A DNA stretch of 64,000 nucleotides from Basidiobolus meristosporus CBS 931.73 (Eukaryota; Fungi; Basidiobolomycota), in contig MCFE01000011.1 in the NCBI GenBank assembly GCA_002104905.1, forward strand, positions 186,001 to 250,000, written 5' to 3'. Numbering within the stretch: position 1 is the first letter of the stretch; each line of letters begins with the position of its first letter. Positions 24,721 to 37,412 of the stretch are shown here, one piece after another. The notes below the pieces were generated by a model. That model was not told where the DNA came from and did not search any database. It saw nothing but the letters and a program-made list of their open reading frames with translations. A program made the translations under genes and the position numbers.

Positions 24721-25338
24721 CTAACCTGGTACTTTGAATTCACAGCGTTGTTTGATCTGTGAGATACCGGTGAAGTTGAAGGTTCTATTGGCGTACTTTG
24801 CGGAATACTGTTCATCATACACCTCGACCCATTTCTGCGTGCATTCAGTGCATAGCTCGTTATCTGGTATATCAGTCAAGTGGGTATTTCTATTACCGAG
24901 TATGATTTTTCCTTCTTCTAAAAGACAGTAACGTTGTTGTGAGTCTCGGGTACATCCAACGGTCACAATTGGCTCGTAGTTATTGAGTACATATCCAATG
25001 ATTTGGATCACGCTTTGTGGTAAGTCACTAAAGCAGTCCTGATGAAGCTTCACAACCAATTCATTTGTTAAAGATTTAGCACATCGAGGAGCGGTGCACA
25101 GGGTGTCTAAGAGTGGAGTGAATTGCCCGATATTGCTTGAAGTATAGTTTTCCCAATCAATCGAGATAGCCTGTATCCAAAGCTGGCTAATGGGCAGACA
25201 AGTCACATCATCTGTCACAATGGAGAACAGAAATTGTTTGCAAATGGTTGAGAGCTGGCTAAAGATGGAATCCACTGGGGCGGCAGTTATGGCCAGCACG
25301 TAAGTTGTAGCTAGAAACGAAACAAAGAAAAATCTCAT
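24721..25338 (-). CDS. Secreted cysteine-rich hypothetical protein (~205 aa)
   Basis: The ORF from ATG 25338 has the signal peptide MRFFFVSFLATTYVLA and about 10 spaced Cys (CKQF, TCLP, LC.APRC, DC, GC.RD....YC, LCTEC, RC). It is intronless. Confidence 0.7.
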   Translation of the reverse strand: MRFFFVSFLATTYVLAITAAPVDSIFSQLSTICKQFLFSIVTDDVTCLPISQLWIQAISIDWENYTSSNIGQFTPLLDTLCTAPRCAKSLTNELVVKLHQDCFSDLPQSVIQIIGYVLNNYEPIVTVGCTRDSQQRYCLLEEGKIILGNRNTHLTDIPDNELCTECTQKWVEVYDEQYSAKYANRTFNFTGISQIKQRCEFKVPG

Positions 25339-26553
25339 GTTGAAGTTCAAGTGTTGACTTTACCTGGTTATGCTGGGATATATAGAAAAGCACACTATTG
25401 GGTATGAGAGGTAGCGGTCGTTGGGCTTATGAATTTTGCTAAATTTAGGTTAATGAGGCTTAGTAACGTGCCGGTGCTGGGCTAAGGTATCTCAATCTGA
25501 ATTGGCAATTGGGTTCTCGATAAAACTCCCCAATGGAATCTGTGACAGCGTGATCCTAATGAAGGTATAACAAGGAGGTTGTGAGCTGGAGAACAGCTCC
25601 GTAAATTCTAATTTGTTTGATAACACTATGATATGAAGCTCAAACCTTCTGGTTGGCACTGAAAGTCGTCTAAAAGTAAACATGGGTTGATTGCGTGATT
25701 TGTGCCGCTCTTGATCCTTGTATATCTTAGATTCAGAATGGCAATCCTATATTGTATTTGCTTTCTACGAACTGATCCATCGTGCTACGTGAAGGGCATC
25801 TGTCACTGGCCATTGGCGCATGCTCCCACTCTAGAAAACCATCACTGATCGTCGTACAGAACTTTATTCAGGTAGAAAGTAATTTCGAGCATCAAGCTAA
25901 ATTTGTACAAGAGTCACCGGAAGATTGTTTTGGTAACTCGGATATCGAGCCCTTTCATGAGAAACCATGATTCGGACAAGCTTAACGTCACCATAATCAG
26001 AATTTTGACTAAACTAATCATGAATCACCATTTGGGATTTGCTGAGTAATAGTACGATCAGATGCGAGTCACAGATGTTCATCAACGAGCTCACTTTATT
26101 ACCCAGCAATTCTGTAATAAAATATATTCACCATTGTAGTATATTTGTTACGAACATCGACAAGTGAAACTCGAAGTGTTACAATTCACAATGTTATATT
26201 TTCACCGCACAATGAGGACTTACTGTGGATCGTGTACTTAGCAGTCCTTGGAACTGACCTGAAAGCGGATGGCTTGTAATGCATGTGCTTGCAACGTTTA
26301 GTTTGGAAGCTGCCAATTTACCATATTGGGTATACTTGCAACCAGTCCAATCATAAAGGTTAAAAGTAAATATAACTACATCATACATCTCTGTAATCAA
26401 ACATATTGAATATCATAAATAGATGGTAAGAATACGTTGTCATACATTTTTTGTAAAAGCTGCAGTTTCCCAAGCCCTTTTTTTTTGCCAAGCTACCGAA
26501 ATTTGGCAAACGATAAATGTCTCGTTGCGCTTCTCCACTACTATCATAACTTC

Positions 26554-27853
26554 ATGGAGCAACCCGAAAACGCATTTTTTCTCAGTAGTTTAGTAGGAAG
26601 CTCTATTAGTACTGTAGCTAGTTTTCTCCTTATACTATGCTATGTGTTGCTTCCTGCCTGCCGGACATACCGACATCGGCTGATTCTTAGCTTATCTATT
26701 GCTGGTTGGTTCTTGACTTGTAAACTTCGTTTACCATTCTCTAATTACTGTAACTCTTTCCATTTCAGACTTTTTGAATGCTCTAAGCAACACAACGTCG
26801 GGCCTCAAAATGACCACTCAGGGGCCGCTAGAAGAGGGGGCTTTCTGCTCTGTCAACGGATTCGTGGGCCAGCTTACTGTCCAGGTTGCAAAGAAAGTTT
26901 CTTACTCTTTCTTTCAGTGATTAACCTTTCGACGTATATCTGGTCAAAACAGGCTCAAGACTTTTCCACTCTATTAATTGCGATAGTCACCTACACAGCT
27001 ATTTCCAGACCCTTACAATGGTTGCATTCGTTGAACTTTCTTCAACGGTATGAGGTGTGGCTTTATGTATGTGTGTGGGGAATATCATTCATAACTGCAT
27101 TGGTTGGCCTACTTGCTATAGGTTATGAGCCAGGTACATCCACTTGCGTTTACCTCCAACTCCAAATTCAGTTCATAATTTGCTCTCTTTCTAGTCACTG
27201 GAAATTGGTGTTGGCTCCCGGCCTACCCTGTCTGGGTTCGATACGTTCTGACCCATGGATTTCGCTATGCAATTATTCCCATAGTGTTTTTTCTATACAT
27301 TCGACTGTTCATCCTACTGAAGAAATCCAAACCAGCAGAAATTACTAGTGACGAGACATATGTCAATAATTTAAATGCAGATGGTATTCAAGAAAACATT
27401 GAGCTGGCCTCAAGCTACCATACATTTAAAAGCGACCCTTCCCTACACAATGGGGGCCTAGAGTCCGACCTGAATGATGAGCATGATAACTCCGATGATA
27501 ATTCAGCACATCATAGCTTCAAGCTCATGAAGTTGATGACTAAAATCGGCTTGAAGAAGAGAGGGCACGCCACCGAGGATATGGATAGTCCAAATCTCCG
27601 TAGAACTCCAAGTAATGAGAGGAGAGTGCATCGAGTAATGCTAAAAATGTGCTTGTATCCAGTTATCTACACTCTTTGCTGGTTGCCGGGCATCATAAAT
27701 CGCATCGTTGAAGCATCTAACGCACATAACGATGTTTTGGCCACTTTACAAGCTTCTTCACAATTCATTGGTCTGTTTGACGCTGTAATGTATGGACTAA
27801 CTGAGAATCTACGGCATGAGGTACGATCTAGACTTTCTAGAAGCTCAGCCTAA
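26554..27853 (+). CDS. 7-TM G-protein-coupled receptor (cAMP-receptor/Git3-GPR1-like), 4 exons
   Basis: Introns 26705-26768, 26885-26952 and 27134-27194 restore the frame. Motifs RHRLIL.LSIAD, FC..NGF..Q, TGNWCW, a long third cytoplasmic loop, and KM.LYP.IY.LCWLPG..NR. Confidence 0.85.
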
Positions 27854-28171
27854 GTGACTGACAATAGTCGCTATTAATTGTAACTTATATATACCTTAAT
27901 ACATCTGTGCTGTTACTGTGTTACAAACATTACTTAAAGAACCTTTGCCATATGTTAATAACAGCTTTCGTCGACAACACAATTACATAGATGAATAAAT
28001 CAATTTTACAACATGCCAGGCCGATGCTGATTCAACTATAGATTTGCGTAATAATGCGTCTGACAGATTTATATATATTTAGCAAGTTGAGCTACTTTGT
28101 TCGGATGTACATTCGCGGACTAACTTTACAGTTATCTTTGTAATAGATGACACACACTCAGGTAAATCTAG

Positions 28172-30267
28172 TTATTTTTTGATTTTCTTTATGTCTTTGG
28201 AGGATACTAGGGAAAGTCTCTTGCGCTGCATGCATTCAATAAGTACAAATGAAACGGTGGACATGTAAAGAAAATGACATCCTTACCCCTGGTGTGAGTG
28301 AGCCATCTGAAGAGGCACCGTTTGTCAGTTCTTCGATCTTGTGCTTTATAACTTTGAGTTCGTGTTCTAACTTCTCAACTTGCTTCTTTTGATCCAAAAA
28401 TGATAGGGTATCGTATAACAGTTCATCAAACTTATTGCACACTGTGGCCGTAGGCATGATAGGTCGTGATGTTTCTAGAGCATTAATAAATTAGCCAGGT
28501 TAACAATTGATTGTTTCAAGTACTGGTATTCGTCTACTTACTAATCCCATATTCCTCTAAAACGGCAGCAATCTTCTGGAATTGACTCTGTTTGATGGGG
28601 GCAATTCTAGTGCTGCGAAGATGTACTCCAGGTGGGAGTTTATCCTTCTTATTGGCGAAAGTAGATAATGAACCAGTGAGAGAGGAACCGGCGGCTAACA
28701 AATGCATTTCACCAAGTCGTTAGATTATATGAAAATATACATGGGTTTTGCAACTTACATTCTGGTGTAAGGGTGGTCTTCATGGGAGTCACTTTGGGTG
28801 TCGACACATTTTTAGGGAAAGTAGATTTGAGCGGAGTAGATATCTCATTTGGCTCTTGTTTAACAACAGTCACTTCTTTAGCAGTAGATGGACTCGCATC
28901 CAATGCATGCTCCTTGGAGGGCTTCAAATCTTTTTTTGTCAATACTTTCTTTTTCTTAGACTAAACGGTTGGTTTCAATTGTAAGTATGATACCCAAATA
29001 AATATATCTTGGGTCATTGCTATACATTTCAGACCACATTTTGGTAATAATTAAAATAAAACTGACTTTGAAAACGCCTTCAGGAAATGCAAGGGGATTC
29101 GGAGATATTGCAGTTGAGACTTCTTCTACAGGAGTTTTCGGGATGTGTAGCTCTTTAGTGTTGAATAGTAGCAGGTGATTTTCCCTTTCCTTATACAAAT
29201 TACGTGCATTTTGCTCAAATCTAAGGGACTCGAAAAATAAGGACTCCTCAGCCTATATTAAACATTTCTTTAGAGGGAAATCGAGAATAAGACAACCAAT
29301 TTAGCGAAAAAACCTCAATCTGTGTCTGGTTCCGAGCGTAAAGCTGTTCAAGGTTCTTTTTTCTTTGAGCCTCTTTCTCTGTATGCGATATGGATCGTCA
29401 TGTTACTAAACGCGAGGGATATTTCAAGGAAGAACTCCTACCTTTATCAAAACTCATTGCCAGAATCCGTTCTTGGTTGATCTTCTCGCCCCTTGCCGCT
29501 CGAATTGCCAGCATTTTACTTGTGACGCTATAATATCTTTCTTTCATATCCTAAAAGTAAAGTATAAATATCAAACGCACAATTGAATAGTGTACACGAA
29601 AACAATACCTCCATGGACTTTTCTGCACCAGGGAAATCGTATCGATCCGCAATTACGATAAAGCGCAAGTCGTACTGTTCACATAACCGAAAAAGGTAGT
29701 CGGTTTCCTCCTTGGACCAATTCTCCTCTAAAATAAGATTTCCAGTGTAAATACATGTAGATTAGGGAAGAGGCACACATCAGACGATCGACTTACGAGT
29801 TAAATATTGCTGATAATCTTCTTCAGTGTATTCTACTAGATCAACAATTTTGTTGAACTGAGCAAATTGGTAATCTAGATGGTTTGGTCAGTTGACTAAA
29901 ATTAAAGGATCGAAGCCCGCTTAAATAAAACCTGTGGCTTCTTCTGACGTTCTTGCCCAGTGGTGTAAAATAAGGTCGTCTCCTCGAGCACTACTAGTGA
30001 ATCCTTTCCATTCCCTGGCAATTTACTTGAGAAAAGGCGCGATAACAATTGATTTCAGACCTGCCTACCACTTGTCATCTTTGGCTCCACTATGTGAGAC
30101 TCGTTTTCTACTTATTGATATTGGGGGAACACCACCGGTTAGCTGAATAAGCTCCATATCTATGGAGAGACGGATATATTTATTAGGATCCTCAACCGTG
30201 ATCGCGGAAAACCACAAAACTGCTCACCAGTCTTTTCATCTTGTTCGAAGGTCTCTAGCAACATCAT
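28172..30267 (-). CDS. SWC4: SWR1/NuA4 complex subunit SWC4/EAF2 (DMAP1 homologue), multi-exon
   Basis: Manual splicing yields QLTGGVPP, WEWKGFTSSARGDDLILHHW, DYQFAQFNK, the SANT domain WSKEETDYLFRLCEQYDLRFIVIADRY, EDMKERYYSV, KLPPGVHLRS and PIMPTATVCNKFDEL..LDQKKQVEKLEHE. Stop at 28172-28174. The start codon is less certain. Confidence 0.88.
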
Positions 30268-30862
30268 AGATCTTCCCAGACACGAAACAGTATTTTTCAA
30301 TAGTCTGAAGGCAAGTTTGGATAATACTCTAAATCAAATCGGATAGCTAAGTATACTTGAGTATATTATAGCCTAAGTTAAGCCAAATAGAAAATGCATA
30401 CTTGAAGAAATTCTGCATTAAACTGTTACTTTAATCAATATTTAGCACACACCTTAACTACCGATCAAAATTGTTACAGAGCTTAATGACTGGTTCCACA
30501 TGGGATTCGAGCTCCTAGACCAAAAATAGTGCCTACTTATTACAGAGTAAATAATATATCAATAAGGTTAGCCCAATCTATGTACAATATTTAACAGTTT
30601 CCAGGCAAAACTGCTGGTGGCCATTCCTCATGAGCATGATCATGCATATCAATAGATTGGTCATAATTTATTGCTTTCAAGAACAGGAACCTCAAGTTCA
30701 GTCTAATACATACGTACATGGGGCAAGTTGATACAGTTTACTAGGTTGGCTAAAATATATGTTGAGTGAAATTGGATCAAGGTTGATTGTTTTACAAAAA
30801 TATGTCCGGGTTAGTGAAATCATGCACCAAGTTACACGTTCTATATACAAAGGTTGCTGCCA

Positions 30863-32164
30863 TTATTGAGAGCTGAGGCTCTGGATCCATTCATCAGCCA
30901 TTATCTCATCCATCGTGGCACGCATGTTGGGGTTGGGGTCCAGCATTCTTTTCAGTATTGTTGAGGCCACGGACGGGATTTTAGTAAAGAATCTGCCAGT
31001 CGCTAGATGCTCCAAATATAGCTTGTAGGATTTGTTGTTTGACCTGGCAATCTCCCATGGAAATTTCTGGAGAACCATAGTGATATAGATTATCGCCGCG
31101 GACCAAATATCTGCCTTTCTAACATCGTACGCCTCGCCGTTAAATATTTCTGGTGCAATGTACGGATCAGAACCGCATATATCCTCAACAAGTTTTGGCT
31201 GGTGGCCGAAAGTCTTGAATACTATCGCACACCCAAAATCAATGATCTTGATGTGATCGTTGGCGTTGACACATATGTTTTCTAGTTTCAGATCACGATG
31301 TCCAAACCCACGCTCATGAAGGTAGCCAAGGCCTTGGATGAGTTGAATGAAGTATTTGTTGGCCTGATCTATGGTCATTTCACCGGAGTTGACAATTCGG
31401 AATAGGTCAGTAGGGCAGTGCTCCATAACTTGATAAATCTCTCCATCTTCAAGGACGACATCATGAATGTCAATAATACAAGGATGCTGGACTGAAGCAG
31501 CAATAAAAATTTCGTTACTTAACCACTCATAATACTGGGCTTCACTTTCACCAGGAAAGCGTTGTCGAAAACTTTTAACCGCATACTATAATTAAGACGA
31601 GAAATGCAATATCCAAATGGTTAATTTAAATTCACACAACATCCACACTTGGGAGTCTACCTGCAAGCTAGCCTTCTTGCGAGTAAGATATATACTTCCC
31701 CCATTCCCTGAGCCTATCACGTCGACGAAAGCTCCGTAGCAGTCCTTTATTGAAGGTCCTTGGCGTTTTTCAAGGGCGTCGATAAGAGGGTAGGCTTTCT
31801 TCTTTTGACGTATTAGGACCTTCTTTAGTTGCGAGAATATGGTAAAGCGGCGTTTCTTTGTAGGGCTTGCTGTATGTTTTTTTATCTCAGAAAATACAAA
31901 GCGACTTGGAATCTGGGTAAGGTTGATGGAGGAGCATTCAAGCTCAGAATTAAAGCTCAAGGACGAATGTTCAGAGGATACTGTAGTTAAAGTAGAATAT
32001 TTGTCTAGAGAAAGGGAAGAGCTAGGATTAGAGAGAAGGTGGATTTTCTTCCCAATACCACCTGGAACAGCCTCGGGAGGCAAATGATATACTTGGACCG
32101 CATTATGCTCATTTTTGCCCAAGCAAGGAGTGACGACCACCTCGATGGGACTTGTGCCAGGCAT
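30863..32164 (-). CDS. Ser/Thr protein kinase, HAL4/HRK1/NPR1-like (408 aa, 2 exons)
   Basis: Exon 32164-31661, intron 31660-31586, exon 31585-30863. Motifs IGSGNGG, YAVKSF, VMEHC, HRDLKLEN, DFG, GSDPYIAPE, KADIWS and FPW. The N-terminal extension is Ser-rich. Confidence 0.9.
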
Positions 32165-33520
32165 TGTAAAAATTATCTTAATGAAGGTATTAGAGCACAA
32201 ATAGCAAAATCCGGCAAACCCCGTTGCAGCTAAGCCTGATGTACAAAGTTGTATTTACAAAATGATTCACCGAATAGAAGGAAATGCTGTCCACTTATAT
32301 ATTCAGGAGAGGAAGCTTAAAGAATAGCAATCCGTAAATTACATATTAATAGATTAATTAGTACGTTGGCGATTGTTTTTTTCTATTAATACCGGAGCAA
32401 TAATATGTCTCATCAAGATTCAGCCTCTACTGCCAGTCAGATGATAGTAGGCTTTTAATAGAAGCAGGTCAATGAACAGTTACCAATATAACCGAGTGCC
32501 TTCATGGGCTTGTTTCATGTCAGTATGTAAAAGGTTGGAGAAGCGCGATGACGAACTAAATTTGAAGATCATGATATAATGATGTATTTGGTCGGTAGTT
32601 TTGAATACGATACCAGCGACATTCTACCGCATAATACTGACCTCTTACGGTTTGTGTGAAGTGTGAATGGATGCATTTCCCATACTGAGATCAGGCGTAA
32701 CAAATGTCCGCGCTGAAGGTGCATCAAATCTCTTCATACAATAGTGATCACCTATAACTGTGTTGTTAGGCACACCACTTGCGTCAGTAACTCTGACGAT
32801 GGAGCAGTACTCGGGCATTTTCGATCCAAAACCCTGCTAGGAACGAGCCAAAGTGTTACGACGGTGATGTTCATCACGTTCAGTGTGATTATGGTGATCT
32901 GGAGTATGCTTAGCGGATTGTTCAGTGGTGTGGTGCAACAACTGAAACGATGAGCATAATAGATCACCAGATCGTCTAGTAGAAAACAGTATCTGATAAT
33001 TGTCTTATGACGACATTCGTAGCCATTTTGTAAGCCAAAAAGGATGCCACAAATACTAGATTATATATGACTTGTGTCAAGGGTTACCAAGTAAAAGGTT
33101 TTTTCTGCAAGTAAGGCTCAGTGGATAGCTTGGTACTTTAACTGCAAACGTATGTCCTATCCAAAACATGGTTCAACGAGCAATTAGGGGTTCATGATAG
33201 GCAGTAGCATGATTAAACATTGAATAAACAATATCCTAAGTGGAAGACATAAACCTATTCCCTAGCTATACTTCAAATACATTGCATAATGCTTGTTATG
33301 TTTTATGTTTATCCCTATGCTCAGCTTCTGGACTCCTGTTTTAGTATTCGTGTTCGTTGTTTTTACTTGGTCCATTGAAGATCTAATGGTTACTCACGCA
33401 CAGCGATGGATTTATTTATTTAATCTAGTGTTATTAAATACAGAGGAGTGGGTTGATAAAGCGAAAATGTAGCAGAGATTAATTTTCAAGGACGAAGAGT
33501 GATTACCTTGAGTGATCAAA

Positions 33521-34165
33521 CTAGTCGTAACCCTGTAGCAAGTAGATCAGCTCAGGTGCCCACTTTTCAAAGCACTCCTTTTCGCACAAACCATCAGCGC
33601 TATCATGAAAGTTTTTGAGGTCCTTCAAGTAGTCCACGCGAAGTTTCTCGAGTTGAGTAGAACTACTATCTTTGCTCAAAATCCTTGACACAGCGTCCCA
33701 AATGAGCTTGTCGTATTTTCCTTGTTCTACAGAATCCAATTTTATGGCCTCAACGACTCCAGCACGAGTTCGAGTTAGAACATCATCCAAGTAGTAGATG
33801 ATAGAGCCAGGTGAGCCGCATACTTCCGAGCAATAATAGTTGGGGCATCCAGGGAGTTCCACTTGATAGCAACGAGCATGATACTTGCCAAAAATACCGT
33901 AGTCTACGATATCATGCAACTTCTCTAACAAAAGTTGCTTAGATTTGTGGATAGCATTCTTCAGGTTCGCTTCTAAAGCAATGTGCGTTCGGATCTCATA
34001 GGATAATGTTGATTTAACATGCCCCTCGAAGCTAGTAAATAGTTCGGTTACCAAAGGAGTATATTTTTCAATGAAATCCCGGTCGGCAGCTTGTCGACAT
34101 TCGTTTTCACAAGCAGTTGCAAAACCTAAAAGCCCAACAAACAAAATCGACTTCAAGAGCTTCAT
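33521..34165 (-). CDS. Secreted hypothetical protein (214 aa) with CENEC and CPNYYCSEVCGSPGS motifs
   Basis: Intronless ORF with the signal peptide MKLLKSILFVGLLGFATA, clustered Cys, and a C-terminal CEKEC. Confidence 0.75.
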   Translation of the reverse strand: MKLLKSILFVGLLGFATACENECRQAADRDFIEKYTPLVTELFTSFEGHVKSTLSYEIRTHIALEANLKNAIHKSKQLLLEKLHDIVDYGIFGKYHARCYQVELPGCPNYYCSEVCGSPGSIIYYLDDVLTRTRAGVVEAIKLDSVEQGKYDKLIWDAVSRILSKDSSSTQLEKLRVDYLKDLKNFHDSADGLCEKECFEKWAPELIYLLQGYD

Positions 34166-36620
34166 CTTGTCAATTATAAGTCTTCGTGAGTAGATGCCTT
34201 GTCGGAAAAGCTCGGGAGAGTGCTCACAAGAAAAACAAACCGAAGTCTGAGATACTGATTAGGGAGGATGAATTCTTTTATACATCACGCTAAAATAGTT
34301 GGAAAGATTAAGGTCAGTTTTGTTCACCAGACACATTTCCCTTTTTGCTCCTTCATAAAACTTTGTGTGATACATCCTTGAAAAAATACGAATACCATTA
34401 GATAGGATATGTACTAAATACCATCCTCTTATTTATTGCTTCCAATGAATGATAGTTCACTTGTGACCATTATACCACTTTAAGGATTATTGCTTTTAGA
34501 TAGGAGTTAGCTGTTCGTTGACAACAAATACATCAGCCGAAGCCATGAAGCCAATGCCTAGATACATGGAGGCCGCTCTATTAGTAGCAATTTGTATCAC
34601 TTCTCACAAGACGTATGGAAAGAACAAATATGCAAGTTATAGGTGCTCGACGCTGAAAATTCCTTCCTAAACTCGTAAGGTAACCGAGCCAAACCTTGGC
34701 ATTCCATACTGGTATTCGTAAAATTGAAGTATTATACCTTTAAGGGGTTTAAACAATTGAGGGACCAGGCATGAAGGTTAATTGATATCTGGATATACAA
34801 TCAAGTACAACATCCAATTTCACGGCGTTATCCCAATATAGTAAGAGGACCACTGTTGAGTTTCAAGCTGGTAAACTTAACTTGAGCAGTTTCTGAGCAA
34901 TATGGTAGTCCAATAGAACCCTGCATCTTCCAGAGCAGGGTTGGTGATGTCATGATTCATGGCCATGCACGGTTTGGTTATGAAAATTACATCAATTGAA
35001 TAATATTTTGATTAATATTTTGCTAAGAGCATTGAAGTAGATGCCATGAAGTTTAACCAAACTGTATTACTAACTAGATTACAAATTCCCTCGTATCTAG
35101 TCTGAAAGTATACATTGGGACAAACCCTCTTACACCCTTTGTCGTAAATTTGTAATGTGTTGTGGCTACCAGCCTTTGCTCACTTTATTCAATGATCTTG
35201 GTCCAGTCCCTTTGAATTGTGCTTAGGCGCAGTTGATTTTATCAAACTTAACTCCTTCATAAAATTTGAATAGCCTAATCAACGTATACTTGGTATATAT
35301 CTAACTTATACACCAAGCAAGAGAGTAGCAAGAGTACATTAATGTAGTGCATATCGGGCTCGTCAAACGATATTTTTTGCTTGAAAGGTACAATATAGTT
35401 AATATTAGTCTGGGTACCTTCCATCTAAACTACGATGCATACTCGACTACTGTGACAGGAATTCACATGCTTTCAACGTTTATGAGAAATATAGATGTTT
35501 ATCTCATGTTTGAAGTTACATTAATTGATACTATTTTACTAGATGACATCAAGTATCGTGATATCACACGACACCACATTGCTAGGAAATGCTTACGATA
35601 GTTTTCACACTCCTACGCTTTTGCAGTTCATTATACATATTGATCAACTCTTGTACATGCAGTACCAGCTTGAGGTATTAGAAATAGATTAATGAGACTG
35701 TCCAACGTTGTAGGGATCAGGCGTAACCTAGCTTAAGCAGTTGCCACCAACGCATAAATACGGCTTCAATTCTATATTCTTGCAGCTATGAATATAAGGA
35801 AGTCGTCAGAATCGAAACGGTATACTTTTGGTGCATAATCGGAATGTTCTCACTATAGATGGAAGTGGGGTAAATCCATTAATAGCCTCGCAGAAAATCC
35901 ATCACTTCTGATTTTCAGCGGCTTGTATCCAACTGGGAGTCTATTTTTAATGGATTTGACAAATCTACTTGATCTGGAATTTGCGGCTATTAATAGCGTT
36001 GTAATAAATATGTTCAAATGCCCATATTTGATGAATTCTAGCTCTCATTATTCGATATTTCAAGTAATTTTCAATAGTATGGTCATAAATTAAACGGCTC
36101 AGTCTTACGTTGAAAAGCGGTCCATATATGAAAGGTTCGACTCAGGCTTCTGCTTCATTGGTTGTAGGGGGCTAATGTCAGTTGCAAGTGAATGAGAGCA
36201 AGATGCTAACCCATGTCGAGTATCCAGAAAAGAAGATCAGCTTATACAGGACGCGGGATCCCATTTCTGGCTCGTGTTACCATCAGATTCCTAGATTCCT
36301 AGATAGATATAAATGCAATACTGTGCCTCTCCCCCTTCTCCATCTTGCACGCTAATTAACTTTCGGGTGAATATCTCCTACATTTCCTTGGTATTACAGT
36401 TGAAACAATCCTATGCAATAGAGATCATATCAATCTTTGACTTGATTTTTGTATCTATTGACTCCGATTTCTCAGTGTTAAATATTCGACCATCCCAGTA
36501 ACTTGTAGCTTGTTTGGAATACTTCCATTCTTTATACTTCGATCCCATTCCTTCCCTTTGGTTGGTTAATCCAAAGCGCTTATACCATATATTCGGGACT
36601 CTTTCTAAAAACCCACCTAG

Positions 36621-37412
36621 ATGCCCTCTGAAATTACCCTTCCGCCACCTACTCTAAGCCTCAAAAAAGCGACACATAGCTATTTGACGGGTCTCACTCC
36701 ATTGAGCGCTTACGAGTTAGAAAAAGACACCAAGCTTGACATATCAAATGCTCCGTTTAATCAAATGGATATTACTGGTTCTACAGACGTTGCAGCGCCC
36801 AAAACCAAAGAAACTAGAGCCTATACACTAAAGCAGTTGTTTGCTGGTCTGAGACTTTTCACTACCACTGCAGAGGATAAGCTTTCTTCTGAGGAGAAGC
36901 TTTTTGAGGAATTTGAGAATGAGGGGCAAACCCTAGGGGACGACATGTTACACCTGGCATTGAATGCCGACTTGCTCGAACACCGCCCCGATTACTCGCC
37001 GGTTAAATCAGCTTATATACTGAGTTTAGAAAAGCTACGTAACTGTAAAGAACGACCTATGGTGCAAGTACTTCTAATTCACCAGACCATGACGAGGCTT
37101 CAATGTTCGGTCACAGTTAACGGCCTACATCCTTCACTTATTGAGCGTCGAGTATTGGAAAAAGCAGCATTCCTCAGGCGCGTAGGAAAGGCAACTTATT
37201 CCCAGGTTGCTCCTATTTCTACGCCTACGCTCTCTAAGCAACATTATATTCCTCCACCACCACCTTATTCTCGCTTCGAGAATGCGGAAGTCGTAAATGC
37301 CGAGGAAATTATTGACAGTGGGGACGATAACGACGATAGTGATGACGATGACGATATTCCACTGGGCCTCTTACAAACCTACTTCCAAAATAGACAGAAA
37401 TTCACACTCTAG
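36621..37412 (+). CDS. Hypothetical protein (263 aa) with Zds1_C-like motif, PY motif and acidic tail
   Basis: Intronless ATG ORF. The segment SAYILSLEKLRNCKERPMVQVLLIHQTM resembles the Zds1_C consensus (AIY.LSH.KL.N..RPL.QQVL.SN.M). It also has PPPPPY and DDDDDIPLGLL. Confidence 0.7.
   Translation: MPSEITLPPPTLSLKKATHSYLTGLTPLSAYELEKDTKLDISNAPFNQMDITGSTDVAAPKTKETRAYTLKQLFAGLRLFTTTAEDKLSSEEKLFEEFENEGQTLGDDMLHLALNADLLEHRPDYSPVKSAYILSLEKLRNCKERPMVQVLLIHQTMTRLQCSVTVNGLHPSLIERRVLEKAAFLRRVGKATYSQVAPISTPTLSKQHYIPPPPPYSRFENAEVVNAEEIIDSGDDNDDSDDDDDIPLGLLQTYFQNRQKFTL

Noticed and set aside
36095-36150. GGCTCAGT and GGTTCGACTC resembling tRNA A and B boxes
   Set aside because: The T-stem and acceptor stem do not pair, so no cloverleaf can be drawn.
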